DNA from: Bacteroidota bacterium
Lineage (GTDB): Bacteria; Bacteroidota; Bacteroidia; UBA7662
Length of the DNA: 64,000 nucleotides
Assembly: GCA_005799065.1 (NCBI GenBank)
Contig: SYHW01000060.1
Span: forward strand, 8,654-72,653
Direction: 5' to 3'
Every line of letters starts with the position of its first letter. Position 1 is the first letter of the stretch. Shown piece after piece: positions 19,251-29,613 of this stretch. A program made the position numbers and the translations under genes. The notes under the pieces are model-generated. The model ran no database searches and was not told where the DNA came from. It saw only the letters and a list, made by a program, of their open reading frames with translations.

Positions 19251-20614
19251 GTTTGCCTGTAGGCTGGGTACCCCTATTCAAAGGCGAGGTGGAGGTGCCG
19301 GGTTCAAAAAGCATCAGCAACCGCTTGCTTCTGATGAATTACCTGGCGGGCGATCCGCTAGCCAGAATTCGGGGATTATCGACCGCCGGCGACACCCTAC
19401 GCATGCAAAATGTTTTGGCCGCTCTTAAGCTACCCCGTTCAGATGGGGATGTTGGTGTTGGGGATGCGGGCACTGTCATGCGGTTTGTGTTGCCGTTGCT
19501 TTGCCTCACCCCGGGCACGCACCACATGACCGGCACCGAACGCGCCCACGAGCGCCCGATGGGACCACTCGTCGACGCCCTTCGCCTTTTAGGTGCTCAA
19601 GTTCAATACCTGGGACGTACGGGATTCCTTCCCCTGAAGATTGAAGGGGGCACAGCATTGAGGATGCCCGACGGCCTCGATGCTTTACCGATCGATGCCG
19701 GCATGAGCTCACAATTTGTGTCGGCTTTGATGATGGTGGCGCCCTGCATCGACGGTGGCCTGCGCTTAAGATTGCTCGCCCATACCGTATCTCGTCCCTA
19801 TCTCCTACTCACACGCGATCTGATGCGCGAATGGGGTGTTCCGATAGAATTCATCCATGAAAATAACATCAATATTCCTCAGTGTACATACCAACCGCCC
19901 GCAAGAGTGGAGGTCGAGCCGGATTGGTCGTCGGCGGCCTATTGGCTCGCATGGACTGCCCTCATGCCTCAATCGGAGTTGTTTGTGCCGAATTTAAAAC
20001 GCTGCAGCCTGCAAGCCGATGCCATCTGTGCCGATGCTTTCGCAGATCTCGGTGTTCACTCTATTGAAAGGGATGGAGGACTTTTACTAAGCAATTGTTC
20101 GATGAAGTTGCCTGATGCATCAACCGATCAAACGAAAGATCCGAAGCCTCCAGAATGGCGCAAGAATGCCGACCCTGGTTCATCATCCTTCAAGTCAGGC
20201 GTGGAGCATTCAACCCTCCATTTCAGCGGGCTAGATTCCCCCGATCTCATACCAACGGCCATGGTTTTATGTGCCTTAAAAGGCCGACTAGCCCGTTTCA
20301 CGGAACTCGAAACCCTGCGCGTGAAGGAAAGCGACCGCTTAGGTGGTTTGATGCATGGTTTACGTTCGTTAGGTGCCCGAATCGATGAAAGAGAACCTGG
20401 TTCCTATAGTTTGATGCAGGGCATCCCCCGAGCGAGCACTCAAGGTCAGGTTTTCGATTTACATACGCAGGGTGATCACCGCATGGCCATGGCGTTTAGC
20501 CTGCTCGCAGGCCACGGTTATGGGGTTCGCCCGGATCGCCCCGAGGTGGTGGGTAAATCATACCCCGGCTACTGGCAGACATTGGAACGACTGGGGATGC
20601 GTTGGCAGCCTTAA
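19238..20614 (+). CDS. aroA: 3-phosphoshikimate 1-carboxyvinyltransferase (EPSP synthase)
   Basis: GSKSISNR, GDAGTVMRF, SSQFVSAL, LRVKESDRL, DHRMAMAF and KSYPGYW motifs. Confidence 0.95.
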   Translation: MAELSLPVGWVPLFKGEVEVPGSKSISNRLLLMNYLAGDPLARIRGLSTAGDTLRMQNVLAALKLPRSDGDVGVGDAGTVMRFVLPLLCLTPGTHHMTGTERAHERPMGPLVDALRLLGAQVQYLGRTGFLPLKIEGGTALRMPDGLDALPIDAGMSSQFVSALMMVAPCIDGGLRLRLLAHTVSRPYLLLTRDLMREWGVPIEFIHENNINIPQCTYQPPARVEVEPDWSSAAYWLAWTALMPQSELFVPNLKRCSLQADAICADAFADLGVHSIERDGGLLLSNCSMKLPDASTDQTKDPKPPEWRKNADPGSSSFKSGVEHSTLHFSGLDSPDLIPTAMVLCALKGRLARFTELETLRVKESDRLGGLMHGLRSLGARIDEREPGSYSLMQGIPRASTQGQVFDLHTQGDHRMAMAFSLLAGHGYGVRPDRPEVVGKSYPGYWQTLERLGMRWQP

Positions 20615-20663
20615 ACCTTATATTTGTGGTTTTGAGTCGACACAGCACCAAGGCACGGCCTCA

Positions 20664-21743
20664 ATGTCCGGTAATTCTATAGGAAGCTTATTTAGGGTAA
20701 CCACCTGGGGCGAATCGCATGGTCCAGCCATCGGCGCTGTCATTGATGGTTGCCCCGCCGGTCTGACCATAGATGCGGGTTTCATTGCCCGGCAATTGGC
20801 CAGAAGGAGACCCGGACAAAGCCATTTGTCCAGTCCACGCCAGGAATCAGACGAATGTGCGATCCTTTCAGGCGTCTTCGAAGGGGTGAGTCTGGGTACC
20901 CCGATTTCTTTATTGATTAATAACACCAGCCAAAGACCGGTCGATTACGAGCATCTGCGCGACGTTTACCGACCCTCTCATGCCGATTATACCTATGAGG
21001 CGCGATACGGGATTCGCGACCATCGAGGAGGCGGGCGCAGTTCTGCCCGTGAAACGGCCGCGCGTGTGGCCGCTGGAGCCGTGGCACAGCTTTTTCTTCG
21101 CGAATTATCGGTTCAAATTCATGCCTTTGTTTCAAGAATTGGTGCGATTACGCTGGATGTGCCTTATCAGAATCTAGACTTGCGGACGGCAGTGCATTCG
21201 GTGGTCGGCTGCCCGCATCCGCCTACAGACCAACGCATGGCCGACCACATTGCCGAGGTTAAATTGGAAGCTGATTCACTCGGGGGCATCATTCGTTGTG
21301 TCGTTCAGGGTATGCCGGCGGGTTGGGGCGACCCGGTTTTTGACCGCCTGGAAGCCGATTTGGGTAAGGCCATGCTGTCGATCAATGCGGTCAAGGGTGT
21401 TTCGTTTGGTGCTGGTTTCGAAGCCGCGAGGGGTAAGGGATCTCAATATAATGACACCTATTCAATGATCGACGGGAAAGTTATATCGGTCACGAACCAT
21501 TCAGGAGGCATACAAGGAGGCATAAGCAATGGGGCCGACCTCATAATGGATGTGGCATTCAAACCCGTTGCTTCCATTCCAAGGATGCAAAATACGATAG
21601 ACCGACAGGGCAATTCCATCGAATTGGAGATCGGCGGACGCCACGATCCCTGTGTGGTTCCGCGTGCCCTGCCGATCGTTGAAGCCATGACCGCTCTTGT
21701 TTTGGCCGATCACGCACTGCGCGCACGCACGGCAAAAATTTGA
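20664..21743 (+). CDS. aroC: Chorismate synthase
   Basis: TWGESHG, RPSHADY, RGGGRSSARETAARV and GRHDPCV motifs; upstream TATATTTG at 20619-20626 suggests an internal promoter. Confidence 0.97.
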   Translation: MSGNSIGSLFRVTTWGESHGPAIGAVIDGCPAGLTIDAGFIARQLARRRPGQSHLSSPRQESDECAILSGVFEGVSLGTPISLLINNTSQRPVDYEHLRDVYRPSHADYTYEARYGIRDHRGGGRSSARETAARVAAGAVAQLFLRELSVQIHAFVSRIGAITLDVPYQNLDLRTAVHSVVGCPHPPTDQRMADHIAEVKLEADSLGGIIRCVVQGMPAGWGDPVFDRLEADLGKAMLSINAVKGVSFGAGFEAARGKGSQYNDTYSMIDGKVISVTNHSGGIQGGISNGADLIMDVAFKPVASIPRMQNTIDRQGNSIELEIGGRHDPCVVPRALPIVEAMTALVLADHALRARTAKI

Positions 21744-21765
21744 ATCTTAAACCAATATTCCAGAA

Positions 21766-23106
21766 ATGTCAACCGCAATTCAAAGCCAATTACCCGTAAA
21801 GAATCAAAAGTCCCGTGGATTTCCCATGCATCTCCAGATCCTAACCGGTTTATTGCTGGGGGTGTTGTTCGGGATTGGATCGAGTGCTCTGGGATGGAAC
21901 GATTGGGTGGTCGATTGGGTGAAACCTTTTGGAACGCTTTTCGTGAATTTGCTGAAGCTCATAGCCGCTCCATTGGTGCTGGCCTCTCTGGTGGTGGGGG
22001 TTTCGAGCTTGTCGGATGTGGGCAAGTTGTCGCGGCTTGGAGGCCGAACCATAGCCCTGTACATGACCACTACTATTCTGGCCATCAGTATTGGTTTGTT
22101 GGTGGTGAATTGGGCGCAACCAGGACAGTACATTACCCCAGAGCGACGTGATGCACTGAAGGAACGGTTTTCTAGCCAGGCTGCAAGCAAGGCCGAAACG
22201 GCCAGACAGGTAACCGAGCAGAGTCCGCTCCAGCCCCTGGTCGACACCGTACCCTCCAATATTTTTGATGCGCTCACCGACAACACCCAAATGTTGCAGG
22301 TCGTGTTTTTTGCCCTGTTTTTTGGCATAGGTATTATTCTACTGCCCCGACAGAAAACGGTTGTTGTGCGCGATTTCTTCGAGTCGGTCAATGAGATCAT
22401 TCTCAAATTGGTGGAAGTAATTATGAAAGGCGCCCCAGTGGGCGTATTTGCTTTATTGGCATCGCTGGTGGCCGACTTTGCAGGAGACGACCCACGTGCC
22501 GCCCTCGAGTTGCTCAAGGCTTTGGGGGTATACTCACTGACTGTGGTTGCAGGGCTCGTGGTGGTTTTGTTTGTTGTTTATCCCATTTTTCTGTGGCTCG
22601 GTGCCCGATATTCGATCGCGGACTTTTTTAGGGGGATGGCACCCGCTCAACTACTGGCCTTTTCCACGAGTTCGAGCAACGCCACGCTGCCGGTTACCCT
22701 GGAGCGGGTCGAGCAAAATCTGGGGGTGTCGGGCGAGGTGGCCGGTTTTGTGTTGCCATTGGGTGCAACCATCAATATGGACGGCACGAGCCTCTATCAA
22801 GCCGTGGCCACCGTTTTTATAGCACAAGCATTTGGTATTCCCCTCGATTGGGGCGATCAGCTAACGATTGTGCTTACGGCTACTTTAGCCTCAATCGGCT
22901 CCGCTGGGGTTCCAGGTGCCGGCATGGTCATGCTGGTGGTGGTTTTGGAGTCGGTCGGCCTCGATCCAGCGGGCATTGCCCTCATCATGGCAGTCGATCG
23001 CATCTTGGATATGGCCAGAACGGTGGTCAATGTGAGTGGTGATGCCATGGTAGCTGTATTGGTTGCCCGTAGATCGGGCGACTTATCTGTTCCGCCATCA
23101 AAATAA
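21766..23106 (+). CDS. Dicarboxylate/amino acid:cation symporter (GltP/DAACS family)
   Basis: AFSTSSSNATLP, GATINMDGT and VDRILDMARTVVNVSGD motifs. Confidence 0.93.
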   Translation: MSTAIQSQLPVKNQKSRGFPMHLQILTGLLLGVLFGIGSSALGWNDWVVDWVKPFGTLFVNLLKLIAAPLVLASLVVGVSSLSDVGKLSRLGGRTIALYMTTTILAISIGLLVVNWAQPGQYITPERRDALKERFSSQAASKAETARQVTEQSPLQPLVDTVPSNIFDALTDNTQMLQVVFFALFFGIGIILLPRQKTVVVRDFFESVNEIILKLVEVIMKGAPVGVFALLASLVADFAGDDPRAALELLKALGVYSLTVVAGLVVVLFVVYPIFLWLGARYSIADFFRGMAPAQLLAFSTSSSNATLPVTLERVEQNLGVSGEVAGFVLPLGATINMDGTSLYQAVATVFIAQAFGIPLDWGDQLTIVLTATLASIGSAGVPGAGMVMLVVVLESVGLDPAGIALIMAVDRILDMARTVVNVSGDAMVAVLVARRSGDLSVPPSK

Positions 23107-23192
23107 TGACTGGAATCTCCGCGATTTTCTTTATTCATTATTTTTTCGTACCTTCGCCCCGCCTTAAACTCAGGCAGGAAGGAATTTAATTA

Positions 23193-25496
23193 ATGACAGA
23201 AAACAATCCCGAGATCAACCCCATCAACGACAACACCGACGAAAACCGTCCAACAGTCGAATCAGGCCTTGAGTCAACCTCAGCCGAAATCCATCCCGAA
23301 ACAGAGGAAGTTGCCGCATCAGAAGAGCCTGCAGCTGTTGTTGAGGAAGCAACTCCCGTTTTAGCGGAAGCTGAAGCAGCGCACCATGAGCCTGAAGCCA
23401 ATCAGGAAGAGCCCGCTCCTGTTGTAGCAGAAGAGTCCGCTCCAGTTGTGGTAGAAGAGCCCGCTCCAGTTGTGGTAGAAGAGCCCGCTCCAGTTGAAGC
23501 AGTAGAGCCCGCTCCAGTTGTGGTAGAAGAGCCCGCTCCAGTTGTGGCAGAAGTGGAGGATCCCAAAGCGGTTCAGCCGAAAGTAGAAGCTCCAGTTTCC
23601 GCTCTTGTTGTGGAGCCTAAGCCGGCTAAGAAGTCTGCCCCTGTTATAGCACCCCTTCAAGATGACTTCGACTGGGAGGCCTATTCCGGGAAAAGCCACC
23701 ACTATCCGACTGAGGAACGTCGCAAGATGGAGGATATGTACTCAGGTACGCTGAGCACGCTCAATGCCAACGAGGTGGTTCATGCAACCGTTGTAGCCGT
23801 AACAGACCGCGACGTCGTATTGAACGTCGGTTTCAAGTCGGATGGTTTGGTTGCCTTATCGGAATTTCGTGATTTGGGAGAGATTAAGCCCGGAATGACC
23901 GTAGATGTTTTGGTGGTGAGCCAGGAAGATCAAAACGGTCAATTGCAGTTGTCGCGCAAAGCGGCGCGCATGATGACCGCCTGGACGACCATCGTGAAAG
24001 CGCATGAGGAAGAATTGGTGATCGAGGGTAAGGTGAAGGCACGCACAAAAGGCGGCTTGGTGGTGGATGTCAATGGCATAGAAACCTTCTTGCCCGGTTC
24101 ACAGATTGATGTGAAACCCGTACGCGACTACGATCAATACGTGGGCAAAACTATGGAGTTTAAAGTGGTCAAGATTAATCCGATTCTCCGTAATGCGGTT
24201 GTTTCGCATAAGATTTTGATTGAGCGCGACATTGAGGCCCAGAAGGTAGAAATCATGAGCCAAATGGTTCAAGGTCAGGTACTGGAAGGAACAGTTAAGA
24301 ATATGACCGACTTCGGTGTATTCGTAGATCTCGGTGGGGTTGACGGCTTGCTGCACATTACCGATATCAGTTGGGGTCGTGTTTCGCATCCATCAGAGGC
24401 GCTCGCACTCGATCAGAAAATTCAAGTGGTTGTGCTTGAGTTCGACAACGAACGCAAGCGCATCAGCTTGGGCATGAAACAGCTTACTCCGCACCCTTGG
24501 CAATCGTTGAGCGATGATGTCATTGCTGGAAGTATTGTAGAGGGTAAAGTGGCTACGGTCGCTGACTATGGCGCCTTCCTCGAATTAGCTCCTGGTGTTG
24601 AGGGTCTGATTCACGTATCAGAAATGAGCTGGAGTCAGCACCTGCGTAATCCATCAGATTTCATGAAGACGGGAGAAACGGTGAAAGCGGTTGTACTCAG
24701 CATCGACCGCGAGGAGCGCAAGATGTCTTTAGGCATCAAGCAACTCACCCCCGATCCTTGGCAGGACATCACCACCCGTTTCCCTATTGGAAGCAAGCAT
24801 ATGGGTAAGGTGCGCAACCTCACCAATTTTGGTTTGTTCGTTGAAATAGGAGAGGGTGTAGACGGATTGGTACACATCAACGATTTGAGTTGGACGAAGA
24901 AAATCAACCACCCAGCCGAATTTACCAAGCGTGATGAGGTGATGGAAGTTGTGGTCCTGGACATCGATACAGCTTCTCGTCGCCTGAGCTTGGGACATAA
25001 GCAGCTGACCGATAATCCATGGGATACCCTGGAGTATGTGTTTGCCGTGGGAACTGTGCACAGGGGCCATATCACCCAAATTGATGATAAAGTGGCTATA
25101 GTCGCTCTATCTTATGGTGTTGATGGGGTTGTTTTCAAAAAAGGACTGGCTACCGAACAGGGCAAGCCACTCTCAGTCGACATGGACGCCGATTTCAAGG
25201 TAACCGAGTTTAACCGTGAGACCCGAAGGATTGTTTTATCGCATTCGGATACCTGGAAAGACAAAAAGGAGGCCGGAAAGGCATCCGAGGACAATGAAGT
25301 CGCTCAATATCAAGCCAAGGCAGCAGTTGCGGCTCAGGAAGATAAAGGTTCTCTCAGTGGATCCGGAGTATTAGCCGGGTTACGCGATCAGATTTTGGAA
25401 GACGAAAAGCGTTCCTTGTCGAAGGCTGAAAAGAAACCTACTTCGAAAAAGAAGGTCGAACCAACGGCGGACGATTCGGAATCCAATGAAGGTTGA
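23193..25496 (+). CDS. rpsA: 30S ribosomal protein S1 with a long acidic N-terminal extension
   Basis: DFDW motif followed by six S1 domains (FLPGSQID, GVDGLLHITDISW, GVEGLIHVSEMSW, GVDGLVHINDLSW). Confidence 0.96.
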   Translation: MTENNPEINPINDNTDENRPTVESGLESTSAEIHPETEEVAASEEPAAVVEEATPVLAEAEAAHHEPEANQEEPAPVVAEESAPVVVEEPAPVVVEEPAPVEAVEPAPVVVEEPAPVVAEVEDPKAVQPKVEAPVSALVVEPKPAKKSAPVIAPLQDDFDWEAYSGKSHHYPTEERRKMEDMYSGTLSTLNANEVVHATVVAVTDRDVVLNVGFKSDGLVALSEFRDLGEIKPGMTVDVLVVSQEDQNGQLQLSRKAARMMTAWTTIVKAHEEELVIEGKVKARTKGGLVVDVNGIETFLPGSQIDVKPVRDYDQYVGKTMEFKVVKINPILRNAVVSHKILIERDIEAQKVEIMSQMVQGQVLEGTVKNMTDFGVFVDLGGVDGLLHITDISWGRVSHPSEALALDQKIQVVVLEFDNERKRISLGMKQLTPHPWQSLSDDVIAGSIVEGKVATVADYGAFLELAPGVEGLIHVSEMSWSQHLRNPSDFMKTGETVKAVVLSIDREERKMSLGIKQLTPDPWQDITTRFPIGSKHMGKVRNLTNFGLFVEIGEGVDGLVHINDLSWTKKINHPAEFTKRDEVMEVVVLDIDTASRRLSLGHKQLTDNPWDTLEYVFAVGTVHRGHITQIDDKVAIVALSYGVDGVVFKKGLATEQGKPLSVDMDADFKVTEFNRETRRIVLSHSDTWKDKKEAGKASEDNEVAQYQAKAAVAAQEDKGSLSGSGVLAGLRDQILEDEKRSLSKAEKKPTSKKKVEPTADDSESNEG
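23406..23549 (+). repeat. Coding 24-bp tandem repeat x6 (EEPAPVVV) in rpsA
   Basis: Consensus GAAGAGCCCGCTCCAGTTGTGGTA, in frame. Confidence 0.93.
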
Positions 25497-25533
25497 TTTC
25501 TTTTTTTGATTTTATCAATGTAAAGCTCATATG

Positions 25534-25562
25534 CATCCCACCTCGCGTGGGATGTTTTGTTT
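25534..25562 (+). terminator. Intrinsic terminator after rpsA
   Basis: Stem CATCCCAC/GTGGGATG, 5-nt loop, followed by TTTTGTTT. Confidence 0.8.
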
Positions 25563-25578
25563 GAAGTGTTCATTCTAA

Positions 25579-26046
25579 ATGAGAAATTCAATTCAAGGCC
25601 AAAGTCAAGGGCGTGGGGGATGGGAGCGTTTCTACGCGCTGGAGGAGGTCGATCAAGTGGCGAAAGAGGTTTTGCAATGGTCGCGAGGAATCAATTTATG
25701 GATGCTTGAAGGGCCTATGGGTGCTGGTAAAACTACATTTGTCCGTGCTGTTTGTGAGGCACTCGACATCCAAGATTCGGTGAATTCACCTACTTTTGGT
25801 ATCGTTCAGGAGTATCAGACCAAGAAAGGCCATTCTGTCTTTCATATCGATGGTTATCGATTGGAAAGTGAAGATCAGATAGAATCTTTGGGTATCGATT
25901 CTGTATTGGATGGTAATCAACTTTGTTTGATTGAGTGGCCACGATTGTTTATTGAATATGTGCAATTGAATTATTTGCGATTGGAATGGGTTATTTTGGA
26001 AGGTGAAAATCGAAACTTAAAATTGTGCTATGTCGTTAATGCATGA
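25579..26046 (+). CDS. tsaE: tRNA threonylcarbamoyladenosine biosynthesis ATPase
   Basis: GPMGAGKTTF, VNSPTF, HIDGYRL and LIEWP motifs. Confidence 0.93.
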   Translation: MRNSIQGQSQGRGGWERFYALEEVDQVAKEVLQWSRGINLWMLEGPMGAGKTTFVRAVCEALDIQDSVNSPTFGIVQEYQTKKGHSVFHIDGYRLESEDQIESLGIDSVLDGNQLCLIEWPRLFIEYVQLNYLRLEWVILEGENRNLKLCYVVNA

Positions 26047-27247
26047 ACGTTTATCATCTACCTCTACTGGGGTCAGTGCCCTTGAACAGCCACTAATGGT
26101 GGGTAAATCACATGCCGCGCTAACCATAGGTGTTCCATGTGAGCGCGGTTTTCAAGAAAATAGAGTCGCCCTGAGTCCACATGCTGTTCGGAGGTTGGTC
26201 AATAATGGCCATACCATATTGGTGGAAACTGGCGCTGGCGCAGCCAGCTACTTTACGGATCATGCCTATTCTGAGGCCGGAGCCCAGATCACGTCCAATT
26301 GTGCGGAGGTTTATAAAGCGCCTGTAATCCTTAAAGTAGGTCCGGTGCCCCCAAATGAACTGCAGTATCTAACAGGCGGGCAATTTTTGTTTGGGGCATT
26401 GCATCTACCCACGATGCAGGAGGATTATCTGAAGGAATTACTCAAGAAGAGAATTGTCGGTGTAGCCTATGAATACCTCAGAGATCGTTCCGATGCGCTA
26501 CCCGTTGTACGAAGTATGAGCGAGATTGCCGGCAGCTGCTGCATACTGATTGCAGCTGAATATTTAAGCCACAGCAGCGAGGGTGTAGGCAAGCTTTTAG
26601 GCGGAATTACGGGCATTCCCCCCAGCCGTGTAGTCATTTTGGGCGCCGGAACGGTGGGCGAGTATGCAGCCCGAACGGCATTGGGGTTGGGCAGCGAAGT
26701 GCGGGTGTTCGACCACAGTGTGAGTAGGCTGCGTCGATTGCAGAATAACCTGGGGCAGCGGGTCTATACCTCCTTGGTTGAGCCCACAACGCTCGCTATG
26801 GAACTCAAATTGGCCGATGTGGCTGTGGGCGCCATTCATGCCCCCCTCGGTAGAACGCCCTTGTTGGTGTCCGAAGAAATGGTACAATCGATGAGACCCG
26901 GGTCGGTCATTATTGATGTAAGCATCGATCAGGGAGGTTGCTTTGAGACCTCAGAAATAACCAACCACACCCATCCTGTCTTTCGAAAATATGGCGTCAC
27001 CCACTATTGTGTGCCCAATATTCCCTCACGGGTATCCAATACGGCTTCGGAGGCGCTCAGCAGTATTATGAGTGGTGTTTTGCTCGATTCAGGCGAGCAT
27101 GGTGGACTCGAAACGCACCTCTGGCTCGACAGGGGGCTGAGGGCAGGGGTCTACTGCTATCATGGCCAACTCACCAACAAATACCTGAGCGAGGTATTCG
27201 GCATTGGCTACACCAACCTCGACTTGGTGGCTTCCTCCCGAATGTAA
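26030..27247 (+). CDS. ald: Alanine dehydrogenase
   Basis: ENRVAL, MSEIAG, GAGTVG, DVSIDQGGCFETS and HYCVPNIP motifs. Confidence 0.9.
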   Translation: MSLMHERLSSTSTGVSALEQPLMVGKSHAALTIGVPCERGFQENRVALSPHAVRRLVNNGHTILVETGAGAASYFTDHAYSEAGAQITSNCAEVYKAPVILKVGPVPPNELQYLTGGQFLFGALHLPTMQEDYLKELLKKRIVGVAYEYLRDRSDALPVVRSMSEIAGSCCILIAAEYLSHSSEGVGKLLGGITGIPPSRVVILGAGTVGEYAARTALGLGSEVRVFDHSVSRLRRLQNNLGQRVYTSLVEPTTLAMELKLADVAVGAIHAPLGRTPLLVSEEMVQSMRPGSVIIDVSIDQGGCFETSEITNHTHPVFRKYGVTHYCVPNIPSRVSNTASEALSSIMSGVLLDSGEHGGLETHLWLDRGLRAGVYCYHGQLTNKYLSEVFGIGYTNLDLVASSRM

Positions 27248-27256
27248 ACCAAGGAC

Positions 27257-28393
27257 TTATTTTTTTGGATGCACGCGTTCCGTACGTGAATCGATCGAAC
27301 CATCGGCAAGCATGGTCTGCAGTTCATCTCCCGTGCTAACATCACAGAGCCGACGCAGTCGCTTACCCCGATGAATCGTGATGCTGAAGCCTCGGTCCAA
27401 AATCGATTGAGGATGCAGGGCGTTGGCTTGCATTAGCAGTGCCTGAAGTTCAGAAGTAGCCAATTTGATGCGTCCACGCATGAGTTCACGCAGGCGACTG
27501 TCCCATTCGGACAGTATTTGCTTTTCTCGCCGTATTCTAAATTTGGTTTTTTGCTCAGCCAAGAGCATTTGCTCATCGAGCCATTGACGAATTTCAAATT
27601 GATCAGGACTAACCAGCTCAGCGGCAGCAGTCGGTGTTGGCGCCCGCAAATCAGCCACAAAATCGCACAAAGTGAAGTCGCGCTCATGACCAATGGCTGA
27701 AACCACAGGGGTGTTCAGGCCTGCAATGCAGCGCACCAAAGCTTCTTCATTGAAATTCCATAAATCTTCTAAACTTCCCCCACCGCGGGCCAGAATGATG
27801 ACCTGAACCAGCGGATCACGGTCTAAAGATTCCAAGGCAGCAATCAGCTCAGTCAGTGCCTCAGTGCCCTGAACCCGACTCGGAGCCAAACGAATCTGGG
27901 TAGCTGGGAAGCGTCGGGCTATGGTCTTGCGTATATCGTGGATGACTGCGCCTTCTGCTGAGGTCACCACGCCCACCCAGTCGGGGAAACGAGGAATTAG
28001 CTTTTTTAGGGATGCATCAAAAAGCCCTTCCGCTTCCAAACGATTTTTTCGACGAATAAACTCACGATAGAGGTCGCCAACGCCTTCCTCCTCCATACCC
28101 GTAACGGTAAATTGATACGATCCCCGAGGCAGATATACGCCAATGCCTCCATGGAGTACAACGCGCATGCCCGTATTGGGAGCGAAATTGAGCCGATCTA
28201 CCTGGGCACGCCACATCACGCAAGGCAACTGAGAGTCCGCATCCCGGAGGGTAAAGTAGATGTGGCCCGACGACTGTCTACTGATCTGGGCAATTTCGCC
28301 ATGCAATCGAACTTGTCGCAAAAACGGTGCGTTTTCGAGAAGGGATTTCACCAACTGGTTGAATTGACTCACCGATAGGGCCTCTTCCGACAT
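27257..28393 (-). CDS. xseA: Exodeoxyribonuclease VII large subunit
   Basis: SGHIYFTLRD, ARGGGSLEDLWNFN, SAIGHERD and RAPTPTAAAE motifs. Confidence 0.95.
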   Translation of the reverse strand: MSEEALSVSQFNQLVKSLLENAPFLRQVRLHGEIAQISRQSSGHIYFTLRDADSQLPCVMWRAQVDRLNFAPNTGMRVVLHGGIGVYLPRGSYQFTVTGMEEEGVGDLYREFIRRKNRLEAEGLFDASLKKLIPRFPDWVGVVTSAEGAVIHDIRKTIARRFPATQIRLAPSRVQGTEALTELIAALESLDRDPLVQVIILARGGGSLEDLWNFNEEALVRCIAGLNTPVVSAIGHERDFTLCDFVADLRAPTPTAAAELVSPDQFEIRQWLDEQMLLAEQKTKFRIRREKQILSEWDSRLRELMRGRIKLATSELQALLMQANALHPQSILDRGFSITIHRGKRLRRLCDVSTGDELQTMLADGSIDSRTERVHPKK

Positions 28394-28444
28394 GTAGTAA
28401 AAATAGCAGGCATTCTTCACTTTTAAAACCCTTAATTTTGCCTG

Positions 28445-29590
28445 ATGAGCAGTGCCAACCCCACCGAACAGATTCTTGAAGCGCTGTCGACTGTTGTCGA
28501 CCCAGACCTCAAAAAGGACTTGGTGTACTTAAATATGGTGGAAGACGTCGCTGTCGATTCCAATCGAATCTCATTCACTCTTTTGCTCACTACGCCCGCT
28601 TGTCCGCTGCGCGATCAGCTGGAAAATGATTGTCGCGTTGCCTTAAATCGAGCTTTTCCGGGCGTCCGGGTTGAAATCAAAATGGATGTGCGTAAATGGG
28701 AGCGTAAAGGCCAACAGCCACGCCCCAAAGGTTTGGGTTCCGTTATTTTGGTGCTTTCGGGTAAAGGAGGTGTAGGAAAAAGTACGGTGGCAGCCGGTTT
28801 GGCCCGGTCGCTCTCCGATTTGGGCGCACGGGTTGCCTTGCTCGATGCGGATGTACACGGACCAAGTCAACCCATAATCTGGCGGCTGTTGAACCAAAGG
28901 CCAGAAATTGTGCAAGAAAAAATGAGACCCATCGACTGCGGTGGTGTTGCGGTATTATCGCTCGGTATGCTGGTAGACCCCAGTCAGCCTTTGGTGTGGC
29001 GAGGTCCCATGGCCGGCAACGCACTCAAGCAGTTGGTAACCGATACCGATTGGGGCACAATCGATTATCTGGTCATCGATATGCCGCCAGGCACAGGCGA
29101 TGTCCACCTCACACTGGCTCAACTGCTGCCCGATTCATATGCCGTTTTGGTCACTACACCGCATGAGCTTGCCCTCGCTGATGCCCGAAAAGCGGCGGCT
29201 ATGTGCCAGATGGAATCGATGCGCATCAAACTACTGGGTTTTGTGGAGAACATGAGTTGGTTTTCGCCGGTTCATCGTTCGGATGAGCGTTATTACTTGT
29301 TCGGACAAGGAGGGGGTTCGGTTTTGGCTAAAGAATTTGAGGTCCCACTCCTCGCACAGTTTCCCCTATTGGCGCGTGTAGGCAGTGGTCCTAAAAAGCC
29401 TGAAAACCTTGAAAACGAAATGTCGGCCCATCCATCGGATGATGATTTGGCTGTGGCGGATCCGTTGGAATGGCAAAAGTCGCCCTATCGGCCTTATTTT
29501 CAAGTGCTATCCTCATCTTTAGCCAGAGCCATTGCCGTGCATCAAGCCAGTACTTCTGATCGCATGAGCGAAGATCTTCAAACCCGCTGA
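28445..29590 (+). CDS. mrp: Mrp/NBP35 family Fe-S cluster carrier ATPase (ApbC)
   Basis: N-terminal DUF59 (DPDL...LTTPACP), GKGGVGKST, WRGPM, DMPPGTGD and VENMS motifs. Confidence 0.92.
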   Translation: MSSANPTEQILEALSTVVDPDLKKDLVYLNMVEDVAVDSNRISFTLLLTTPACPLRDQLENDCRVALNRAFPGVRVEIKMDVRKWERKGQQPRPKGLGSVILVLSGKGGVGKSTVAAGLARSLSDLGARVALLDADVHGPSQPIIWRLLNQRPEIVQEKMRPIDCGGVAVLSLGMLVDPSQPLVWRGPMAGNALKQLVTDTDWGTIDYLVIDMPPGTGDVHLTLAQLLPDSYAVLVTTPHELALADARKAAAMCQMESMRIKLLGFVENMSWFSPVHRSDERYYLFGQGGGSVLAKEFEVPLLAQFPLLARVGSGPKKPENLENEMSAHPSDDDLAVADPLEWQKSPYRPYFQVLSSSLARAIAVHQASTSDRMSEDLQTR

Positions 29591-29613
29591 CTTCCCTCGA
29601 TACCCCACTGCAA

